64,000 nucleotides of DNA, taken from an uncultured Trueperaceae bacterium. Its GTDB lineage: Bacteria > Deinococcota > Deinococci > Deinococcales > Trueperaceae. Position numbers and translations under genes: made by a program. Positions 57,769-64,000 of this stretch are shown here, piece after piece. The notes under the pieces were generated by a model. That model was given only the letters and a program-made list of their open reading frames with translations. It was not told the origin of the DNA and did not search any database. The DNA lies in contig CAVSGP010000009.1 in NCBI GenBank assembly GCA_963727505.1, positions 224,001 to 288,000 of the forward strand, read 5' to 3'. How positions within the stretch are numbered: the first letter of the stretch is position 1; each line of letters starts with the position of its first letter.

Positions 57769-60700
57769 ATGCACGTGGCCACGCCCCGTTCGCTTGGGAC
57801 CGGGCGCGTCCTGGGTCAGCCCAGCGCAGCGCGCCTCGCGCTCTTCGCGCGCCACGACGGTCCCGCCATCCTGCTCACCACCTCCGAACGCCTGGAGCTC
57901 TTCGCCGACGCCCACCTGTTCGGTGAGGCCGCCAGCGTCGACCCCGCTCTGACCGACTGGTTCGAACGGCGCGACAAGGTCGTGCTCAGCCTCGACAACG
58001 CGCTCCGGCGCTTCCCCGACGATCCCGCTGAGCTGGCGCTCGACCTCCATCTGGGGGGCGACTACCCCCGCGACGCGCTGCTCGAACGGCTCCTCGCCTA
58101 CGGCTACGAACGCGACGCGCTTCCCGGCTTCACGGTGCGGGGCGACACCATCTCGCTCTACGCGGATGCCGACGCGCCGGACGACGAGCTGCGGCTGTCG
58201 TTCTTCGGAACCGAGCTCGACGGTCTGACCCGCGCGGGCCGCTCGCTGGAGCGCGCCATGCTCGCACCGCTCGACGGCGCCTCGCTGGACCGCAGCGGCT
58301 GGACCACACGCCTGATCGAGCACCTGCCCGGGACGGTTTTCCTCGACGTGCCGGAGCTGTTCGCCGGCGAGATCGGCGACGAGGGTCGGACACAGTGGCT
58401 GTGGCGCAGCCTTGCCGAGCGAACCGTGGTCTCCTTCGGGCGCGACCCGCTCGACCTGAGCGTCGCGAGCGTGCCGCTCGAACCGCTGGGGTACTACCGA
58501 GGCAAGCTGCGCGACGTGGCCGCGGACGTGGAGACCTGGGTACGCGACGGTTACAGCGTGCACGTGATGCTGAAGTTCGAGCGCACCGGCCGCTACCTGC
58601 GTGAGAAGGTCATCGAGTACCTCTCCAACGCCTGGCGTGCCCGCGTCGAGCACCGTCCCGGCGAGGTGTCGCTGGTGCTCGGCCGCGGGGTGCGCGGCGG
58701 CTACCGTGACCCCGAGCGCATGGAGGTGGTGCTCAGCGAGGAGCTCCTCTACGGCTACCAGGGCGGCCGTCGGCTCGGCAAACTGCCCGGCCGGAGCGTT
58801 CACGACGCCTCCCAGCTCACGGTCGGCGACTACCTCATCCATCCCGACCACGGCATCGGGCGCTTCCTGGGGCTCGAAGCACGCCAGGTGGTCGGCGTGA
58901 CGCGCGACTACCTGCAGCTCCAGTACGCCGGCGAGGGCAAGCTCTACCTACCGGTCGAGCAGCTACCGCTGCTGCGGCGCCACCCCGGCACCACCGACGA
59001 TCCGCCGCGCCTGTCGACGCTGGGCACGAACGAGTGGGCGCGCGCCCGGGAGCGGGCGCGGGTCAGCGCGCACGAGCTGGCCGCGGAGCTCATCAAGACC
59101 TACGCGGCGCGTCAGGTGAGCGAGGGCACGGCGTTCCCGCCCTCGCAGGAATGGGATCTACTGATCGAGGCGAACTGCCCGTTCACGCTCACCGTGGATC
59201 AGGCGAGCTCGGTCGAGGACACGCTCGGCGATATGGCGCGCGAGGTCCCCATGGACCGTCTGATCTCGGGCGACGTCGGCTTCGGCAAGACCGAGGTGGC
59301 CATCCGAGCGGCGCATCGCGCCGTGGGCAACGGCGCTCAGGTCGTCATGATGGTGCCTACGACGGTCCTGGCGCGGCAGCACTACGACACCTTCCGGGAG
59401 CGGTTCGAGGGGCTTCCTGTTCGTGTCGAGATGCTCTCGCGCTACACCTCGGATCGGGACGCGCGCGCCATCTTCAAGGGCCTGGCCGACGGCACGGTGG
59501 ACATCGTCATCGGTACCCATCGCCTGCTCAATGAGGCGCTCAGCTACAAGCGGCTGGGCCTGCTGGTGGTCGACGAGGAGCACCGCTTCGGGGTGGGGCA
59601 GAAGGAGAAGCTCAAGGGGCTCAAGGCCAACCTCGACGTGCTGTCGCTATCGGCGACCCCGATCCCGCGGACGCTCTACATGAGCCTGGTGGGGCTGCGC
59701 GACGTGTCCCAGATCATGACCCCGCCGGAGGGCCGAAAGCCGATCCAGACGGTGCTGCAGCCGTACGACCCGATGGTCGTGCGGGAGGCGGTGCTGTTCG
59801 AGATCGAGCGCGGCGGCAAGGTGTTCTACATCTTCGACCGCATCGGCGCCATGAGCCTGCGGGCCCGCACCCTGTCCCAACTGGTGCCGGAGGCGCGCAT
59901 CGGTGTGGCGCACGGACAGATGGACGCGAGCGCACTCGAGGACATCATGCTCGGCTTCGAGGAGGGCGCCTTCGACGTGCTGCTATCGACCACCATCGTG
60001 GAGTCCGGGCTCGACATCTCCGGGGCCAACACGTTGGTGATCGAGCGCGCCGACCGGCTCGGGCTGGCGCAGCTCTACCAGCTGCGCGGGCGCGTCGGCC
60101 GGCGCGAGACCGAGGCGTGGGCGTACCTGCTCTACCCGGGGAAGCTGACCGAACAGGCGCAGCGCAGGCTCTACGCCATCGCGGAGCTCAACGATCTCGG
60201 GTCCGGGCACCTGCTGGCCGAGAAGGACATGGAGATCCGAGGCGTGGGCAACCTGCTCGGCCCCGAGCAGCACGGCCAGATCGCGGCGGTCTCGATCGAG
60301 GTCTACACCGAGTTGCTGGCCGAGGAGATCGCCAAGCTCAAGGGGGAGAAGGCGGCCGACGAGGTGCCCCCGGTCAGCATCGACCTCAACCTCGACGCCC
60401 GCCTCAGCCCTAGCTATATCCAGGACGACGACGTGCGCATCAACTTCTACGGTCGCTTCTCGGAGACCGGCAACCTGGCCGAGGTGAGCCGCATCGCCAA
60501 GGAGATGCGGGAGGCCTACGGGCCCTTCCCCGCCGAGGTCAAGGCCTTCGTGGAGCTGGTGCGGCTGCGGCTGCTGGCGGCCGGCAAGGGTGTCGCCACG
60601 GTCAAGGAGCACATGACGGACATCCAGATCAGCTTCGCCGATGACCTCAACAGCCTCGACTTCGACAACCGCAAGCTCAAGGCGCTGCCGGTTTCGGTCG

Positions 60701-60801
60701 AGGCGACGCGCTACCCGCCCGGTTTCAGCATCAAGAAGCGCGGCCTCAAGCCCGACGGCATGGTCTCGGCCATCCAGGACGTGCTCTACCTGGTCGGCTG
60801 A
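57769..60801 (+). CDS. mfd: Transcription-repair coupling factor
   Basis: [48 protein letters not shown]-terminus. Confidence 0.95.
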   Translation: MHVATPRSLGTGRVLGQPSAARLALFARHDGPAILLTTSERLELFADAHLFGEAASVDPALTDWFERRDKVVLSLDNALRRFPDDPAELALDLHLGGDYPRDALLERLLAYGYERDALPGFTVRGDTISLYADADAPDDELRLSFFGTELDGLTRAGRSLERAMLAPLDGASLDRSGWTTRLIEHLPGTVFLDVPELFAGEIGDEGRTQWLWRSLAERTVVSFGRDPLDLSVASVPLEPLGYYRGKLRDVAADVETWVRDGYSVHVMLKFERTGRYLREKVIEYLSNAWRARVEHRPGEVSLVLGRGVRGGYRDPERMEVVLSEELLYGYQGGRRLGKLPGRSVHDASQLTVGDYLIHPDHGIGRFLGLEARQVVGVTRDYLQLQYAGEGKLYLPVEQLPLLRRHPGTTDDPPRLSTLGTNEWARARERARVSAHELAAELIKTYAARQVSEGTAFPPSQEWDLLIEANCPFTLTVDQASSVEDTLGDMAREVPMDRLISGDVGFGKTEVAIRAAHRAVGNGAQVVMMVPTTVLARQHYDTFRERFEGLPVRVEMLSRYTSDRDARAIFKGLADGTVDIVIGTHRLLNEALSYKRLGLLVVDEEHRFGVGQKEKLKGLKANLDVLSLSATPIPRTLYMSLVGLRDVSQIMTPPEGRKPIQTVLQPYDPMVVREAVLFEIERGGKVFYIFDRIGAMSLRARTLSQLVPEARIGVAHGQMDASALEDIMLGFEEGAFDVLLSTTIVESGLDISGANTLVIERADRLGLAQLYQLRGRVGRRETEAWAYLLYPGKLTEQAQRRLYAIAELNDLGSGHLLAEKDMEIRGVGNLLGPEQHGQIAAVSIEVYTELLAEEIAKLKGEKAADEVPPVSIDLNLDARLSPSYIQDDDVRINFYGRFSETGNLAEVSRIAKEMREAYGPFPAEVKAFVELVRLRLLAAGKGVATVKEHMTDIQISFADDLNSLDFDNRKLKALPVSVEATRYPPGFSIKKRGLKPDGMVSAIQDVLYLVG

Positions 60802-60827
60802 GGACGGGTGCCGGGGAGGCCAAGGAA

Positions 60828-60860
60828 GAGGGCCCGGAGTCGTAACGACTCCGGGCCCTC
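60828..60860. terminator. Bidirectional terminator-like hairpin
   Basis: GAGGGCCCGGAGTCGT-A-ACGACTCCGGGCCCTC between convergent mfd and the OMP gene. Confidence 0.7.
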
Positions 60861-60887
60861 GCGTTCTTGCTTACGCAAGAGCGTGGC

Positions 60888-61376
60888 TCAGAAGTGGTAG
60901 TTGACGCCGATCGCGCCGCGGGGGCCGAAGCCGCCGAACAGGTAGCCGCCCGCACCGTTGAACCAGTACGTGTAGCCCGCACCGAGCTCGCCGAAGGCGC
61001 CGAACTGCTCGTTGATGCGGTACTCGGCTCCTACGACGCCGCTAACGCCGATGCCCAGACCGATGCCGTAGAACCCGTAGCCGACGTTGGGGCCGCCACC
61101 GACGTAGACGTCGACGGGAGCACTCTGCAACTGGGCCACGGTGTAGAGGACGTCGGCACCCAGGTTGAGGTTCCAGAAGCCGTACGACAGGCGGCCGCGG
61201 ATGTCGATACCGTTGCCCACCGCGTTGTTGACGCCGTAGTACAGCTGGAACGGGTAGCCGAGGCCGATCCCGGCCCACTGCGTCGTGTTGTACTGCACGC
61301 CCATATCGCTCTGCGCGAATGCGGCGCCCACCCCGAAGACCGTGATGGCCAGCAGCGTAATTAGGACTTTGCGCAT
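60888..61376 (-). CDS. Small outer-membrane beta-barrel protein
   Basis: Signal peptide (AFA-Q), Gly/aromatic-rich amphipathic strands, C-terminal GVNYHF. Confidence 0.82.
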   Translation of the reverse strand: MRKVLITLLAITVFGVGAAFAQSDMGVQYNTTQWAGIGLGYPFQLYYGVNNAVGNGIDIRGRLSYGFWNLNLGADVLYTVAQLQSAPVDVYVGGGPNVGYGFYGIGLGIGVSGVVGAEYRINEQFGAFGELGAGYTYWFNGAGGYLFGGFGPRGAIGVNYHF

Positions 61377-61540
61377 GCAAACCCTCCAAACGAGATTGAG
61401 AAGATCAGGACGGTCTCCTCGCCTCCGCCGTTTATAGCACAACGGAAGTTGCCTCACAAGTAGGCAAGTTCACACGCTTGCGATGCCTATCGCATTTTCG
61501 AGCAATCGTCAAGACCTCTGAGCGGTCGAAACGACCCGGC

Positions 61541-61891
61541 TCAATCGCTCGAGAAGCGCTCGCGAATCCGGCGTCGCGCATCGCGCTCGAGCGGCGCCTG
61601 CCGGTTGCACTCCGGAAGGCGACCGTGTCGCCGCCCGTAGTCGGCGAGGAGGGCCGCCTCCTCGGCCTGCGGCACTCGGCTATGCCGGTAGCGCCAGAAC
61701 GCCGCCTGGGCCGCCACACAGCCGCCTGCGGCGAGGTGTTGCCGCAGGCGGTTGGGGACGTCGCGGGCCGATTGCCCCACGTAGATGGTGCGGCGTTGTT
61801 CGTCGGCGATCTCGTACACGCCGGGCATGGCGTCCCGGCCCTTCGGCGCGGGCAGCCTGTCGAGACGGCGCCAGCGGGCGGCGATGGCCAC
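61541..61891 (-). CDS. Stand-alone GIY-YIG nuclease-like protein
   Basis: PGVYEI...IYVGQS...RLRQH...EE...PECN. Confidence 0.75.
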   Translation of the reverse strand: MAIAARWRRLDRLPAPKGRDAMPGVYEIADEQRRTIYVGQSARDVPNRLRQHLAAGGCVAAQAAFWRYRHSRVPQAEEAALLADYGRRHGRLPECNRQAPLERDARRRIRERFSSD

Positions 61892-61912
61892 ATCGACCCG
61901 ATCCCCGGAGCG

Positions 61913-62908
61913 CTAGAGCTCGTAACCGAGCTCGCGCAGGGCCTCGCGATCCTCGCGCCACGCCGGCCGGACCACCACGTCGAGCTCGAGGAAGAGGTGC
62001 TCGTCCATGAAGATCTCGAGCTGCTTGCGAGCGGTACGGCCGATCTCCTTGATCATGGCTCCGCCCTTGCCGATCACGATGCGGCGATGACCGACCTTCT
62101 CGACCCAGATCTCGGCGGTGATGACGACGGGCTCGTCGACGTCGGGTTCGGGATCATGCCAGTCCACCACCAGGACGGCCACCGCGTAGGGGAGCTCCTG
62201 CCGCAGGTGCAGCATGGCGCTCTCGCGGATCAACTCGGCCACCCACTGCTCGCGGGTCTGGTCGCTGCGGATGTCGGGGGGGAAGAAGAAGGGGGCGAGA
62301 GGCAGCGCCTCCATCAGATCGTCGCGCAAGGCGTAAACGGCCTTGGGATCGTTCAGGGCGGAGAGCGCCAGGACCCGCTCAGCGTTCGGGAAGAGCTCCT
62401 TGTACAGCGAGAGCGCCTCGTCCGGGTAGCGGGCGGCGTCGAGCTTGTTGCCCAGCAGGATCACACGTGTGCTGGGCGCGAGACCGCTCAGCATGCGGGC
62501 GACCTCGCGGTCCTCCGGCGTGGGTGGGTGCCGCAGGTCGGTGACCCACAGGACGACGTCCACGTCCACCACGGCGTCGCGGATCTCGCGACGCATGTAG
62601 TCGTCGAGCGCCGAGTGGCCTTTGCGGTGCAGGCCAGGCGTGTCGACGAACACCAGCTGGCGTCCCTCGTTCGTGTAGATGCCGCGCACGCCTCGTCGCG
62701 TGGTCTGGGGCTTTGGTGTGATCGGCGCGACCTTCACGCCTAGCAGGGTGTTGAGCAGCGTCGACTTGCCCACGTTCGGCTTGCCGAGGATGGCGACGAA
62801 GCCGGAGTGGGTAGGTGGTGCCTCGTCCTCGCCGGCGTTCGCCGCCGGGTCTTCGGGTTCCTTGGCGTGGAGGAGTGCTTCGAGGTGATCAGAGTTCAGG
62901 TCCGTCAC
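61913..62908 (-). CDS. era: GTPase Era
   Basis: [25 protein letters not shown] domain VIGKGG. Confidence 0.96.
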   Translation of the reverse strand: MTDLNSDHLEALLHAKEPEDPAANAGEDEAPPTHSGFVAILGKPNVGKSTLLNTLLGVKVAPITPKPQTTRRGVRGIYTNEGRQLVFVDTPGLHRKGHSALDDYMRREIRDAVVDVDVVLWVTDLRHPPTPEDREVARMLSGLAPSTRVILLGNKLDAARYPDEALSLYKELFPNAERVLALSALNDPKAVYALRDDLMEALPLAPFFFPPDIRSDQTREQWVAELIRESAMLHLRQELPYAVAVLVVDWHDPEPDVDEPVVITAEIWVEKVGHRRIVIGKGGAMIKEIGRTARKQLEIFMDEHLFLELDVVVRPAWREDREALRELGYEL

Positions 62909-62948
62909 GGTGCCCGTCCTCTCCTTTTGGGGTTTGGCTGCAAGAAGA

Positions 62949-62974
62949 CGGAGGGGCCCCGGGGGGCCCCTCCG
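62949..62974 (-). terminator. Hairpin downstream of the tRNA
   Basis: CGGAGGGGCCC-N4-GGGCCCCTCCG followed by a pyrimidine run on the minus strand. Confidence 0.6.
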
Positions 62975-62981
62975 AGCATGT

Positions 62982-63058
<77 letters not shown>

Positions 63059-63072
63059 GCGCAGCAAAGACA

Positions 63073-63102
63073 AGTGTAGCCCTCGTTGAGCGGGCGTGTC
63101 AA
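63073..63102 (-). promoter_or_regulatory. sigma70 promoter of the tRNA gene
   Basis: TTGACA-18-TACACT. Confidence 0.75.
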
Positions 63103-63139
63103 GCGGCAGCGAACCACCGTCGACCGCGCTCCGGCCCTC

Positions 63140-63949
63140 TCAGGCGATCCCGCAGAACGCGTCGTAGTCGATGAGCTCGTGGACGGTGGGGGCGTCGCCG
63201 CACACCGGGCAGGCGGCGTCCCGTGCCAGGCTGAAGCGCCGGAACTCGGCGCCCAGCGCGTCGACGTGCAGCAAGGTGCCGATCAGGGGGTTCCCGAGGC
63301 CGAGGATGAGCTTGAGGGCTTCGGTCGCCATGAGGCTTCCGACGACGCCGGGGAGCACCCCGAACACACCCGCCTCGGCGCAGCTCGGCACGCTGCCGGG
63401 CTCCGGCGGTTGAGGGAACAGGCAGCGGTAGCACGGCCCACGTTCCGCGTCGCCGGTGGTGGCGAAGACGCTGACCTGCCCCTCGAACGGGGACAGCGCG
63501 CCGTAGATCAGCGGCGTGCCTTCCAGCACGCAAGCGTCGTTGACGAGGTAGCGCGTCGGGAAGTTGTCGCTCCCGTCCAGGACCAGATCCACATCACGCA
63601 CGCGTGCCCGAGCGTTATCGCTTGTGAGCCGCTCGGCGTGCTGGACGACCTGCACGTCGGGGTTGAGGTCGGCCAGGCGCCCCGCTGCCGAGGTCACCTT
63701 GGGGAGGCCGACGCTCGACAGCCCGTGCACCACCTGACGCTGGAGGTTGCTCGCCTCCACGGCTTCGTCGTCCACCAGGTCGATGTGCCCTACGCCGGCG
63801 GCGGCGAGGTAGAGCAGGATAGGGGAGCCCAGGCCCCCCGCGCCGACGACCAGCACGCGTGCGTCGAGCAGGCGCTGCTGGCCAGCCGCGCCCACGCCCG
63901 GCAGGATGATGTGGCGGGCGTAGCGGTCGAGCTGCTCGCGCGTGAACAT
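63140..63949 (-). CDS. MoeB/ThiF/HesA family adenylyltransferase
   Basis: RYARHI, GAGGLGS, SNLQRQ, CYRC and CPVC zinc motifs, CAEAGV. Confidence 0.92.
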   Translation of the reverse strand: MFTREQLDRYARHIILPGVGAAGQQRLLDARVLVVGAGGLGSPILLYLAAAGVGHIDLVDDEAVEASNLQRQVVHGLSSVGLPKVTSAAGRLADLNPDVQVVQHAERLTSDNARARVRDVDLVLDGSDNFPTRYLVNDACVLEGTPLIYGALSPFEGQVSVFATTGDAERGPCYRCLFPQPPEPGSVPSCAEAGVFGVLPGVVGSLMATEALKLILGLGNPLIGTLLHVDALGAEFRRFSLARDAACPVCGDAPTVHELIDYDAFCGIA

Positions 63950-64000
63950 GGTCCAGTCTACGGTCGGCTCGGCCGCACGGTGGGCCTCAGCGCAGCCCGG

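Overview
Very GC-rich, gene-dense bacterial chromosomal segment. It is probably Deinococcota (Trueperaceae/Thermales-like). That assignment is an inference from gene content (MutS2, futalosine MqnC, HAIR-controlled Hsp20, acuABC, small beta-barrel OMP) and from pervasive TAnnnT boxes 5-9 nt before start codons. The window holds about 65 mostly housekeeping genes: sugar, thiamine (TPP riboswitch) and peptide ABC transporters, pta, mutS2, mreB, acnA, trxA, rsmI, mfd, era, a MoeB-family gene and tRNA-fMet. No CRISPR array, prophage, integrase or transposase was seen. The most interesting unexplained elements are: (1) a 1065-aa HTH-like/P-loop (degenerate Walker B)/TPR STAND-like protein directly upstream of acuA-acuB-acuC plus a dehydrogenase; (2) a Crp/Fnr-family regulator next to a divergent DUF2249/DUF59/cupin/ferredoxin/YwiC/membrane-protein cluster, with paired TTGAC boxes at about -42/-43; (3) a candidate minus-strand structured sRNA with a duplicated C-rich motif next to a 6-unit tandem repeat (36.3-36.6 kb); (4) a 46-aa basic protein with its own promoter, RBS and terminator, inserted antisense between thiB and thiP. 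All product calls come from motif recognition by eye; no database search was run.
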